From NCBI GenBank assembly GCA_031370005.1, contig JANMPT010000117.1, forward strand, positions 1 to 64,000: 64,000 bases of DNA. Reading direction: 5' to 3'. This DNA is from Bdellovibrionales bacterium (GTDB lineage: Bacteria > Bdellovibrionota > Bdellovibrionia > Bdellovibrionales > Bdellovibrionaceae). Within the stretch, counting starts at the first letter, position 1, and each line of letters starts with the position of its first letter. Below the pieces are notes generated by a model. The model was not told the DNA's origin, did not search any database, and saw nothing but the letters and a program-made list of their open reading frames with translations. The translations under genes were made by a program, and so were the position numbers. Shown one piece after another: positions 8,418 through 18,148 of the stretch.

Positions 8418-10466
8418 CTATGTGCACAACTCAGGTGTATTTGTGGCTAAAATGAATGTATATTGGCGTGCGATTTCTTTTAGATAGGCAAAGCGTCCAG
8501 AGGCGCCGGCATGCCCTGATTCCATATCTGTTTCGAGTAATAAAACATGCGCATCTGTTTTTAACGTTCGTAATTTTGCACACCACTTTGCAGGTTCCCA
8601 GTAGGTCACTCTAGGATCATTTAATCCGGCTTTAATATAAATATTTGGATAACTTTGCGCGGCCACATTGTCATATGGAGAATAGCTCTTAATATATTCA
8701 TAGTACTCTTTGGAAATTTCTGGATTTCCCCACTCTTGATATTCCATTTGAGTGAGTGGAAGCTTTGAATCCAACATCGTATTTAGAACATCGACAAAAG
8801 GAACGATGGCCAAAACTGTATTAAATAGCTCTGGCCGCATATTTATAACGGCTCCCATGAGCATTCCCCCAGCACTGCCGCCCATAATAGAAAGAGTTTC
8901 AGGCTCTGCATAATGATGTTCGATCAGATGCTCAGCGCATGCTATGAAATCATGGAAAGTATTTTTTTTCTTTAGGAACTTGCCCTCCTCATACCATTGG
9001 CGTCCCATATCACTGCCACCGCGGATGTGAGCGATGGCATAAATATAACCTCGGTCGAGCAAACTAATACGTTGCAAACCAAAGGCCGGTGGCATTGCCA
9101 TGCCATATGAGCCATATGCGTAAAGCAAGGTTGGTTGAGAAGATTTTTTACGAAGATTTTTTTTATAAACCAAAGAAACGGGCACCTTAATGCCATCATG
9201 TGAGGTCGCCCAGACTCTTTCCGAGGTATATTCTTCCGGATTATAGCCAGAAGGAATTTTCTGAATTTTACGAACGATCTTTTCTTGGGTTTTCATATTG
9301 AGATCATAGGTTTGATTTGGTTGAACTAAAGAGTTGTAATTCAATCTCACCCAGTCGGTGGCGTACTCATAGTTTGAGCCTAAACTGACTTGATAGATCG
9401 GGTCTGGAAACTGAATTTGTTCCATCTTGAAAGTGTCATAGTTAAATTTATATATAGTCTGTAAAGCCAGCTCGGTTGCACATACCACCATAAAATCTTT
9501 AAATGCAGATACTGATTTTAAAGTTCTTTCTGGTGATGCTGCAATCAGGGTTTCCCAGTTTTCTATGGATGTTTTTCCGACAGGAGTGCGGCACAGCTTA
9601 AAGGTCTGTGCATTTTTATTAGTGAGAATATAAAAGTGATCTCCACGATGAGTGACATCATACTCAACACCCTCCTCCAAGGCTGAAAACAATTGAAGCT
9701 TCGCTTTTGGATCTTTGGCATCAAGATAATAGAACTCAGTGCTTGCATGACTATGGCGATTGAGAAAAATGTAAGCCTTGCTTTCGGAAATATCACAAGA
9801 AATAAAATACTGATTATTTTTCTCTTCAAAAAGTTTTTCATCTTGGCTGACCGGAGTACCCAATGTGTGGCGCCATAATTTATTTGGTCTTTGATTTTCA
9901 TCTTGGGTGACATAGTAGAAAGTTTTATTATCGCTTGCCCAAGCGCTGCTGTAATATGCTTTTTCAATAGTTTCTGGAAATAGCTTCTCGGTTTTCAAAT
10001 CTTTAAAGTAAAGAGTATAGATTTCTGCGCCGTGGGTGTCAGAGGCATAAGCCAAAATGTCATGTTCTGGGCTGACGTTGAAAATTCCTAAAGAAAAGCT
10101 TTTGTGTCCCTTCGCGAGTTCATTGCAGTCCAAAATTAGCTCTTCTGGGGCATCGTCAAAGTTTTTGCGGCGACAGTGAAGGGCCTGCTCTTTGTCGCCC
10201 TCCATACGCGTGTAATAATAGTAGTCATCTTTTTTTGCTGGTGGGCTTGAGTCGTCTTTGACAATTCGGCCCTTCATCTCATCAAACAGAGTTTGCTCAA
10301 TGCCTTTGTAACTAGAAAAGTAAGCCTCTGTATGAAGATTTTCTGCTTCTAAATAGGGTTTAGTCTCTGGATGTTGAACATCCTTCAGCCAAAAATAGGG
10401 ATCGACCCTGGGATCACCATGGTGATTAAATATTTGCGGATATTCTGAAGCTGCGGGTTTTTTCAT
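8418..10466 (-). CDS. ptrB: Oligopeptidase B (S9A)
   Basis: DPYFWL, HIRGG, GGSAGG nucleophile, DPRVTYWEPAKW, GHAGASGR. Confidence 0.95.
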   Translation of the reverse strand: MKKPAASEYPQIFNHHGDPRVDPYFWLKDVQHPETKPYLEAENLHTEAYFSSYKGIEQTLFDEMKGRIVKDDSSPPAKKDDYYYYTRMEGDKEQALHCRRKNFDDAPEELILDCNELAKGHKSFSLGIFNVSPEHDILAYASDTHGAEIYTLYFKDLKTEKLFPETIEKAYYSSAWASDNKTFYYVTQDENQRPNKLWRHTLGTPVSQDEKLFEEKNNQYFISCDISESKAYIFLNRHSHASTEFYYLDAKDPKAKLQLFSALEEGVEYDVTHRGDHFYILTNKNAQTFKLCRTPVGKTSIENWETLIAASPERTLKSVSAFKDFMVVCATELALQTIYKFNYDTFKMEQIQFPDPIYQVSLGSNYEYATDWVRLNYNSLVQPNQTYDLNMKTQEKIVRKIQKIPSGYNPEEYTSERVWATSHDGIKVPVSLVYKKNLRKKSSQPTLLYAYGSYGMAMPPAFGLQRISLLDRGYIYAIAHIRGGSDMGRQWYEEGKFLKKKNTFHDFIACAEHLIEHHYAEPETLSIMGGSAGGMLMGAVINMRPELFNTVLAIVPFVDVLNTMLDSKLPLTQMEYQEWGNPEISKEYYEYIKSYSPYDNVAAQSYPNIYIKAGLNDPRVTYWEPAKWCAKLRTLKTDAHVLLLETDMESGHAGASGRFAYLKEIARQYTFILATNTPELCT

Positions 10467-11239
10467 TGATTTCTCCTAAAAAAGCGAAGGCTCGAATTGC
10501 GAAAAGGGTGGGCTAAGAGACCTATGGCTATTAAAAACAAAGAAAGACTTAAAATTGTTGAGACTGAATAGCCAAAAACCTGGTCTCCACGGAAGTCATC
10601 ACGAAAACTCTCCATCATTAGGCGTCCCACGGAGTGCAGTGCTAGCCACAAAATAAAAACATCGCCAGGACGATTAAGGAATCTTGGCCGTTCAGGGAAC
10701 TTTACTTTCTCAAGACCAAGTAGAAGCATGATAGTGCCTATTTCCCAGAAAAGCGCATAGAGCTGAGTGGGATGGCGTCCATTCACGGACCAGGGGTATA
10801 CGCAGATCTTACCATAACAACAGCCCGCGAAAAAACATCCTATACGGCCAAAACCATAAGCGAAGGATAAAACAGGAGCGAAAGTATCAAAGTAGAGCGA
10901 TTTTTTAGGGGTACGGATGATGCGTAAATATGCAAAGCTTGCGATCACGGCCAAGACCATTCCACCATAGAAAACAAAACCGCCCTCCCAAAGATAAAAA
11001 ACCTTTAGTGGATTTTCACGATAATAGGATAAGTTTTCATAGAGAATATGCATAATACGGGCGCCGACGAGAGAAGAAAGCATTAGCAAAAGGCCTAAAT
11101 CTAAAATATTTTTTTTCGGTAATTGATAAATGTCTGCACGGTGAACTACCCATAGCAGGCTAATTGATAGCACCAGGCTTATGACTAGAAAGAAACTTGG
11201 AATTTCTAGACCACCGGCTAAGTGGATAATGGGATACAC
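10463..11239 (-). CDS. lgt: Prolipoprotein diacylglyceryl transferase
   Basis: GGFVFYGG, GRIGCFFAGCCYG, HPTQLY, ESFRDD; GTG start at 11239 with AAGGAG RBS. Confidence 0.9.
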   Translation of the reverse strand: MYPIIHLAGGLEIPSFFLVISLVLSISLLWVVHRADIYQLPKKNILDLGLLLMLSSLVGARIMHILYENLSYYRENPLKVFYLWEGGFVFYGGMVLAVIASFAYLRIIRTPKKSLYFDTFAPVLSFAYGFGRIGCFFAGCCYGKICVYPWSVNGRHPTQLYALFWEIGTIMLLLGLEKVKFPERPRFLNRPGDVFILWLALHSVGRLMMESFRDDFRGDQVFGYSVSTILSLSLFLIAIGLLAHPFRNSSLRFFRRNQ

Positions 11240-11330
11240 GCTTGCTCCTTGATGGACCTTAGACTTAATTTTCAAACAATTCTTAAATTATTCAAGCGCA
11301 AACTAGTCAATAAAGAAATCAAAATCCATA

Positions 11331-12770
11331 ATGATTTCTATGAGATTACATCCTGCAGAAGTGGCGCGAGAAATTAAGAATTTCACTTTCTTTAAATCCT
11401 TTAGTGAAGATTTGCTTTTGCAAGTATCTACTATGATGACAGGGATGTCGTTTAAAAAAGGTGAATTCATATTGCGTCAGGGTCAGATCAATCAATCACT
11501 TTTTTTTCTTCGAGCAGGGAAGGTTGAAATCATTTTATCCGGCGAGGTCGTCGCTGAGCTAAGTGACGTTGGTGAGGTTCTCGGCGAAATGAGCGTTATT
11601 AGTGAAAATCCAACGACGACCTCCGTGCGTGCCGTCGGGGATGTCGAGTGCTTTACGGTGCAAGCTTCGGATTTTGACCATGTTCATCCCAAGGAGAAAG
11701 ACCATTTTGAGGTCCTACTATATCGATTGTATTCGTCAATTTTGGTGGAGCGATTAAGGAAAACCAATGAGAAGGCTCGCCTATTCGAAATAGCAAATCG
11801 GGAGCTCCAGCGGGTACAGGTGGCCCTTCAGGAAGTGGGCGACAAAACTGTACTTCTTGTAGAGTCCGACAAAAAACAACAGGTTATTGCGCGAATGGCC
11901 GTAGGTGGTACAGGCGTTCGTTTGGATATTGCCAATAATAAAGAAGAAGCCGAAAAATTTATAGGCGAGAAAAAATACGATGCGATTCTATGTGAAGAGG
12001 CCTTCTTAGATATCTTGGTTCAGGCTCATAAGAATAAAATTAGCACGCATCTAGTGTTATTAACAAACCCCAATGTGACAGACAATATCCAAACCGTTAA
12101 AGGTCTTCCTTTTGTTGATAATATCATGTCTCGTGATCCTGAGGACCGCAGTTTTACTGTGAGAAGTCTTTTAACGACTCTGACAAAGGTACTTAATAAA
12201 AACATCTTTGGTATTGAAAAATATCTTTCTTGGGGTGCTGACATACAGGCTAAATTTGTAAAGAACAGTAAAGTAAGGGACCAGCTGAAGGATGAAATGG
12301 TTGCGCACTTTAAGCAAAGTGGAATTCGCGCTTCGATTTTAGATCGAGTGTATTTAGTGGCGGAAGAGATGTTGATGAATGCAATCTTTGATGCCCCTAC
12401 AGACGGGAAAGGCCAAGCTCTTTTCAATCACCTTCCTCGTCGTACTGAAATAAATCTAGAAAAGAATCAAGAATCAACTCTGCGCTATGCCTTTGATGGC
12501 ACTATGATCGCCCTGTCTGTTGAAGATCCTTTTGGAACGTTGACAAAAGAACTTATTATTCAGTATTTGGAAAGCTGCTATCAAGGCAAAGCGGGCTCGT
12601 TAAATGTTAATAAAGGCGGAGCCGGCCGGGGTTTACATCAGATTATTGAAAATTCAGACCTAACGATTTTCAATGTAAAAAAAGGTGTAAAAACAGAAGT
12701 CATTAGCCTTTTTAGTCTAGAGGCCGGACGAAAAGAACACAAGCCATCCTTCCATTACTTTTTCATCTAA
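11331..12770 (+). CDS. cNMP-binding + receiver-like + HATPase_c (anti-sigma/kinase-like) signalling protein
   Basis: N-terminal cNMP fold (GEVLGEMS); VLLVESD REC-like segment; EEMLMNAIFD and GGAGRGLHQI GHKL motifs. Confidence 0.75.
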   Translation: MISMRLHPAEVAREIKNFTFFKSFSEDLLLQVSTMMTGMSFKKGEFILRQGQINQSLFFLRAGKVEIILSGEVVAELSDVGEVLGEMSVISENPTTTSVRAVGDVECFTVQASDFDHVHPKEKDHFEVLLYRLYSSILVERLRKTNEKARLFEIANRELQRVQVALQEVGDKTVLLVESDKKQQVIARMAVGGTGVRLDIANNKEEAEKFIGEKKYDAILCEEAFLDILVQAHKNKISTHLVLLTNPNVTDNIQTVKGLPFVDNIMSRDPEDRSFTVRSLLTTLTKVLNKNIFGIEKYLSWGADIQAKFVKNSKVRDQLKDEMVAHFKQSGIRASILDRVYLVAEEMLMNAIFDAPTDGKGQALFNHLPRRTEINLEKNQESTLRYAFDGTMIALSVEDPFGTLTKELIIQYLESCYQGKAGSLNVNKGGAGRGLHQIIENSDLTIFNVKKGVKTEVISLFSLEAGRKEHKPSFHYFFI

Positions 12771-12869
12771 AATTGCCAGTTTCAAGTTACGGCATGGGAC
12801 ATAAGCGCGCGTGAAGCGAGGTGAATTGTCTCGAAAAACTCATCAAGATTTCTAAAACTCGTCAGGAGA

Positions 12870-12886
12870 CTGGCTTAGGCTTTGCA
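12870..12886 (+). promoter_or_regulatory. Candidate sigma54 -24/-12 promoter
   Basis: CTGGCTTAGGCTTTGCA with GG and GC exactly 12 nt apart, about 43 nt before the USP gene. Confidence 0.5.
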
Positions 12887-12928
12887 GTTCCTTTCTGCTA
12901 AAATGAAAATTAATCGAAAAGGAATGGA

Positions 12929-13591
12929 ATGCAAGTGGAACATATCACATCACCGGCACCTCATGATTCACAGTTGGTTTCAGCGTTGTGGGCTGTGGAT
13001 CCGTTTGAGCATAATTTACTCCCTGATGCTGAGGCGATAGTGGTGATTCGACACTTTTTGGGTGGGGAATTTTCACAACTTCATCCTGTATACGTTTGTT
13101 CAAAAGAGCACGCTGATATGCAAAATGTCGAAGTGCGTGTGCGAGAATATTTGGAACCGCTGAAACTAGGCCCGATAGCTGGGGTAGAGGTGGCACAAGG
13201 CAAGACTTCATGTTTGATTTTACTTCACGTTGTCAATTTTCAAATTATTTCTATGAGCGCAGCACAGGGGGGCGGTCTCGTTACTCCTTTGCCGAATTTT
13301 ATTATTGAAGATCAGAAAGCGTGGGCTGATCGTGAAATTGACCGCTGGCTTAGTGAGGCACATAAAAGTGATGTGAAAATTCATTTTCAGACCCTTGTTG
13401 AGGAGTCGTTAGCCTCTGCGGCGGCGGCAATTGAAAGGATCGCGGAGGGAGAGAAGGTGGGGTTGATCGGATTGGTTTCCCATGTCGGACCAGTGGCAAG
13501 ATTGGCCCTGGGTAGTGTTACACAAGATCTCATGTCGTCGCAAAAATTCAACCTTTGGGTGTGTGGCCCGAAGTTGAGTTCGAATGATTAG
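12929..13591 (+). CDS. Universal stress protein (tandem-USP type, possibly internally deleted)
   Basis: LWAVDPF, LILLHVV, SH.GPVARLALGSVTQDL. Confidence 0.7.
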   Translation: MQVEHITSPAPHDSQLVSALWAVDPFEHNLLPDAEAIVVIRHFLGGEFSQLHPVYVCSKEHADMQNVEVRVREYLEPLKLGPIAGVEVAQGKTSCLILLHVVNFQIISMSAAQGGGLVTPLPNFIIEDQKAWADREIDRWLSEAHKSDVKIHFQTLVEESLASAAAAIERIAEGEKVGLIGLVSHVGPVARLALGSVTQDLMSSQKFNLWVCGPKLSSND

Positions 13592-13594
13592 CCT

Positions 13595-14416
13595 ATGGAT
13601 AAAATCAGAGCGGTCGTTAAATGGATCAGTGCGCATAAAGTTATAAGCATTCTTGGTATATTATCGGTTCTTGCCGGCGCATTCTTTTACCATAGAATGT
13701 CTGTTCGAAACGAGGGGGTATATTCCGAACCGCTCGGGAGTGGAAGCATAGTTCAGTCTGTATATGGAATTGGAACTGTAACCGCAAGCCATAGTTTTCA
13801 ACTTAAAACTGGCGTCACAAGCCATATCAATGAGATTTTTGTAAAAGAAGGGGATGTTGTTAAAAAAGAACAGCGGCTTATTCATATTGATGAAACCCTT
13901 TATCGCGCCCCCTTTGCTGGAACTATCACATATCTTCCATTTAAAGCGGGGGAGAACGTATTTGCTCAGCTTCCCTCTTTGATCCTGGTTGATTTATTGG
14001 ATCGATATTTGGTTGTCTCGCTTGAGCAGCAGGGCGCTCTGCGCGTTCAGCGGGGGCAGAATGTTAAAATCAGCTTCGATACTATCCGTGAAAACAGTTA
14101 TGTTGGTGTGGTGGAGTCCATATATTCCTACAACAACAGTTTCCTTGCCCGCATTGATGTTTCGAAATTGCCCCCTCAAATTCTTCCGGGAATGACAGCG
14201 GATGTCGCTATCGAAATACAAAAGCATGATAATGTTCTGATCATTCCCGTCGCGGCGATCGAGAAAGACCATGTTTGGGTGAAACGCAAGAGCAGCAGTT
14301 TTTTACAAAAAGTTCCTATAAAGTTGGGGCTAATTGACAGTGCCATGGCCGAGGTTGTTTCAGGTGATCTTCAAGCCGGAGATCGGTTGCTGATCAGAAA
14401 GAACTTAGAGAAATGA
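13595..14416 (+). CDS. Efflux periplasmic adaptor (MacA/HlyD-like)
   Basis: N-terminal TM; IFVKEGDVVKK, APFAGTI, LPGMTADV, VVSGDLQAGD. Confidence 0.85.
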   Translation: MDKIRAVVKWISAHKVISILGILSVLAGAFFYHRMSVRNEGVYSEPLGSGSIVQSVYGIGTVTASHSFQLKTGVTSHINEIFVKEGDVVKKEQRLIHIDETLYRAPFAGTITYLPFKAGENVFAQLPSLILVDLLDRYLVVSLEQQGALRVQRGQNVKISFDTIRENSYVGVVESIYSYNNSFLARIDVSKLPPQILPGMTADVAIEIQKHDNVLIIPVAAIEKDHVWVKRKSSSFLQKVPIKLGLIDSAMAEVVSGDLQAGDRLLIRKNLEK

Positions 14417-15663
14417 TTTTTTTAGCGATTCGTTATCTTTTGGAACGAAAACGGCAAACCCTATTGACCCTTTTAGGGGTTTTCTTTGGGACCATGGCCT
14501 ATGTCTCCGTTTCCGGATTTTTTTTAGGATTTCAAAAATTTATGGTTGAACAGCTTGTTAATAATGCGGCCCAAATTCATATTCAAGCGCGCCAGGACTA
14601 TTTGGAAACCCATCAGCTAGACGAATCTTTTTTCCCTCATCTTTTTAAACATGTATTTTGGGTGACGCCGCCGTCGGGAGTTCTAGGATATATTGAAATT
14701 CAGAATCCTCAGAGCTGGTACGAACGATTGCGGGCGGATCCTCGGGTCGAGGCGTTTTCGCCCTTGATGATGGCTCCGGCGCTATTTACCCTTTCAAAAA
14801 TTTCGGTTTCAGCCAATCTCATTGGTTGCAATCCTGTGCAGCAGGCTAAGGTTACTAGTATCACAGACTATATGGTTGAAGGAAAATTTAGTGATATTGC
14901 AACAGGTGGAAATCGACTAATTTTAGGAGATGAGTTGATGAAGCGGCTTGGAGCCGGAATTAATCAGACAGTCTTGGTCTCTGTCGGCACCAACGTGGCT
15001 GTTCCTTTTAAAGTTATTGGTCGCTTTCTTACTGGTAATCGGGGGGCAGATCTTCAGGCCTATGGGGCTATTAATGACGTCCAACTCGTCAATCGAACAC
15101 CAAATGTTGTAAATGAAATCGGTGTGCGCCTAAAAGATTACACGCAGGCAGCGGCTATCGCCAGTAATTGGTCGAAAATTGCTCCGGAACGCACTGAAAG
15201 CTGGGACCAACTAAACGCCAATATTTTTTCAGTGTTCCGTATTCAAACCACCTTGCGCTTTGCCATGATCATGACCGTGCTTATTGTGGCAGGTTTTGGA
15301 ATGTACAACGTGCTTAGTATGACGGTGAATCAGAAACGCCAGGATATCGCAATTCTGCACTCGATGGGTTACGACACTTTTGACATTGTAATGCTGTTTT
15401 TTTCGCAGGGATTGATTATTGGAATTTGCGGTTCATTTTTTGGGTTGATTGCGGGCTACTTCTTCTGTCTTTATCTTCAAACCATTCCTTTTACGTCGCT
15501 AACACAATCAAACCCCGGCGGGCATTTACATATTTCATTATCACTTTCGATTTATATTCAAGCGGCTCTTTTAGGAAATTTTTCGGTTTCTATCGCCAGT
15601 GTTTTACCGGCACGGTCAGCCGGAAAACTAACACCCATCGAAATTATTCGCACAGGAGGCTAA
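14413..15663 (+). CDS. ABC transporter permease, FtsX/MacB/LolC-E family
   Basis: RQTLLTLLGV, KRQDIAIL.SMG, PARSAGKLTPIEIIR. Confidence 0.9.
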   Translation: MIFLAIRYLLERKRQTLLTLLGVFFGTMAYVSVSGFFLGFQKFMVEQLVNNAAQIHIQARQDYLETHQLDESFFPHLFKHVFWVTPPSGVLGYIEIQNPQSWYERLRADPRVEAFSPLMMAPALFTLSKISVSANLIGCNPVQQAKVTSITDYMVEGKFSDIATGGNRLILGDELMKRLGAGINQTVLVSVGTNVAVPFKVIGRFLTGNRGADLQAYGAINDVQLVNRTPNVVNEIGVRLKDYTQAAAIASNWSKIAPERTESWDQLNANIFSVFRIQTTLRFAMIMTVLIVAGFGMYNVLSMTVNQKRQDIAILHSMGYDTFDIVMLFFSQGLIIGICGSFFGLIAGYFFCLYLQTIPFTSLTQSNPGGHLHISLSLSIYIQAALLGNFSVSIASVLPARSAGKLTPIEIIRTGG

Positions 15664-15664
15664 G

Positions 15665-16330
15665 GTGGGAATTTTTGCAAGTCATATTGGAAAAGCGATT
15701 GGACATCCATCGACAAGGGTGTTGACTGAAATCAATTTGAAGATTGAAGATGGAGAGTTTGTTGCTTTGACTGGACGTTCGGGTTCTGGAAAAAGTACTC
15801 TACTGTATATTTTGAGCAGTCTTGATATGCCCACCGAAGGAAAAATTGAAATCTCAGATCGCGACATTCAATCTATGGAATCAGAGGAGCTGCATCAATT
15901 CCGCAATTTAAAAATGGGTTTCGTATTTCAGTTTCACTACCTTATTAGTGAGCTGACAAGCTTGCAGAATGTTCTCTTGCCCACACTCAAATCTAAGAGA
16001 GAGGAGGAAAAACGTCCTTATGCTAAATTCCTTCTGGAGCAATTTGGTCTTAAGGAAAAATTTCATCGTTATCCTCGGCAGCTTTCAGGCGGAGAACAGC
16101 AGCGCGTCGCAATTGCCAGGGCTCTGATTATGGATCCCCAGTATCTTTTTGCAGATGAGCCCACGGGTAGTTTGGACACTGTGAATAGTGAAGTTGTGAT
16201 GGGTATTATTCGAGATGTGAATAAAAAAAATAAAACAACAGTGTTAATGGTCACTCATGATCCGGACTTTGCCAATCAGGCAGAAAGGCAGATTCGCTTG
16301 AAGGACGGAAAGCTGGAATCAGGGTTTTAG
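15665..16330 (+). CDS. ABC ATP-binding protein (LolD/MacB-like)
   Basis: [34 protein letters not shown]. Confidence 0.95.
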   Translation: MGIFASHIGKAIGHPSTRVLTEINLKIEDGEFVALTGRSGSGKSTLLYILSSLDMPTEGKIEISDRDIQSMESEELHQFRNLKMGFVFQFHYLISELTSLQNVLLPTLKSKREEEKRPYAKFLLEQFGLKEKFHRYPRQLSGGEQQRVAIARALIMDPQYLFADEPTGSLDTVNSEVVMGIIRDVNKKNKTTVLMVTHDPDFANQAERQIRLKDGKLESGF

Positions 16331-16333
16331 CGA

Positions 16334-16789
16334 TCAGAGTTTCTCAGCATCACTGCGGATTTCGGTGTGACGAATCTTTCCTCCGTAATTTGCCGTAACT
16401 AACATTAATCCCATGTTAACCAGGGCCACAAGGATTGTAATCATCCAGAAATTTCGAGTTACTTGAGAATTTTTTTTGAATTTAAAAAGTCCATAAATTC
16501 CGATCAAAGCCAAAAACTCCGTTGTGAAAAGACTATAAAGCGCCAAGTCCTCATGGTTTTCGACAAGAGACTCGCTAAACCCCGGGAGATGCTCAATGAC
16601 TTTTTCGGCAGGCTCTCCTGTAAAGTAAACTGGCAGAGAAAGCACTCCAACCAAAATCATAAACCGAAAACAGAGAAGAGTGATTGATTTATCATTTTTT
16701 CTGACGGCCAGTAAAACAAGGCCCATTGACGCAATCCCGCCAAGGACGGGAATGTGATTTAACAACAAATGTACATGAGCCCAATTCAT
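16334..16789 (-). CDS. DUF2231-like membrane protein
   Basis: HLLLNHIP, TGEPAE, HEDLA, GGKIRHTE; four TM helices with conserved His. Confidence 0.65.
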   Translation of the reverse strand: MNWAHVHLLLNHIPVLGGIASMGLVLLAVRKNDKSITLLCFRFMILVGVLSLPVYFTGEPAEKVIEHLPGFSESLVENHEDLALYSLFTTEFLALIGIYGLFKFKKNSQVTRNFWMITILVALVNMGLMLVTANYGGKIRHTEIRSDAEKL

Positions 16790-16797
16790 AAGTTATT

Positions 16798-17094
16798 CTA
16801 GTTCTCCTCGTGTTTCATTTTATCATGATCTTTGTGTTCCATCATCGAACAACCTTCTTTGCCCATGGTTTCATGACAGGAATGCATCATTTCCTTTTTA
16901 CAATCACTGAGTGGTGATGTTGATCGCAAACAGGTCGCCATCTTCTCGTGATTTGCCGCCATTTTTTCTCGTTGTTCAGCGCTGGGCTCTGTCATAGTTT
17001 TTTTAGCAGAGGTTCCTGGCTTTGCTTGTGCAACTGTAAACGCCACGCCGCTAAAAATCATTGTTACGACAGATGCTAAGATTAATTTTTTCAT
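16798..17094 (-). CDS. Small secreted Met/His/Cys-rich protein, putative metal binding
   Basis: ATG 17094 with GGAG; signal peptide; REKMAANHEKMATCL...CKKEMMHSC...MMEHKDHDKMKH. Confidence 0.7.
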   Translation of the reverse strand: MKKLILASVVTMIFSGVAFTVAQAKPGTSAKKTMTEPSAEQREKMAANHEKMATCLRSTSPLSDCKKEMMHSCHETMGKEGCSMMEHKDHDKMKHEEN

Positions 17095-17248
17095 AAGATC
17101 TCCATGTTTTGTTTTGAATTCATAATTAAACTTTTCAACAGGACCCAGAATTGCAATGCTAGGATACATTGTAAACAAATATATAAATTAAATTTTAAAA
17201 AACAGTGTTTGCGACATATATTTGGTCGAAAGACACAGTTTATGGGGG

Positions 17249-17638
17249 TTAAAGGGTCTCTAGGATCTTCAATAGACGTCGATCAGCATCTTGGGTCATT
17301 GTTACTAGCTCAGGATCTCCGAGTGCAGCCATCATTGCTGTTGGCTTGGCAACTTCGATAGAGACATGACCTTGGCCAATATCTCGAACCACTACATTAC
17401 ATGGAAGAAGACTGGTTACGTCTTTGTTGTGCTGGAAAGCTTCGTAGGCCAAGGAGGGATTGCAGGCACCAAGTATGACTACAGGGAGAATATCTTTGCC
17501 CAACTTCTCTTTAATTTTTGAGTGAAAATCAATACGCGTCAGAATACCAAAGCCTTCAGCCTTTAAGGCCTCTGTTGTGCGTGTGATAGCTTCATCTAAA
17601 GGTGACTTGATCTCTCGTTTGAAATTAATCTTTTCCAT
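17249..17638 (-). CDS. DUF302 protein
   Basis: GFGILTRID, ILGACNP, LLPCNVVVR. Confidence 0.9.
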   Translation of the reverse strand: MEKINFKREIKSPLDEAITRTTEALKAEGFGILTRIDFHSKIKEKLGKDILPVVILGACNPSLAYEAFQHNKDVTSLLPCNVVVRDIGQGHVSIEVAKPTAMMAALGDPELVTMTQDADRRLLKILETL

Positions 17639-17656
17639 GGAAACCCCCGGGCGTTG

Positions 17657-18148
17657 TTAAGTTCTTTTTTGTTTTGCTTCTAGTACCATCATCAGAAGAA
17701 GCAAGCATACGCCACCGACAATAGCACTGTCTGCGATATTAAATGCAGGCCAGCTATATTTGTTTTTTAAGTGGAAGTCTAAAAAATCGATGACATAGCG
17801 AAATCGCAGCCGGTCAACATAGTTGCCGATGGCTCCACCAAAAATCGAAGAAAGGGCTACAATTTGCATGGTATCTTCGTCTTTTACTCCGCGCAGGATG
17901 ACGAGGATGATTACCAAAGCAACGGGTGGCATTGCTAAAAAGAACACTTCGCGAAAAGCTGGATGGGATTCTGCCAAAAAACCAAAAGCCGCACCAAAGT
18001 TTCTAACGTAGGTTAGATTGAAGAAGTTAGGAATCATTACAGTGGATTCGCCAAGATGAAATTGAGTGTGAATATACATTTTCGTCAATTGGTCTGCAGC
18101 CACCAAGAGCCCTGTAATAACAGCTAAATATAAATACTTTTTCTTCAT
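17657..18148 (-). CDS. lspA: Lipoprotein signal peptidase II
   Basis: DQLTK, NFGAAFG, GAIGNYVDR, VIDF, FNIADSAI; ATGA-coupled to ileS. Confidence 0.95.
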   Translation of the reverse strand: MKKKYLYLAVITGLLVAADQLTKMYIHTQFHLGESTVMIPNFFNLTYVRNFGAAFGFLAESHPAFREVFFLAMPPVALVIILVILRGVKDEDTMQIVALSSIFGGAIGNYVDRLRFRYVIDFLDFHLKNKYSWPAFNIADSAIVGGVCLLLLMMVLEAKQKRT

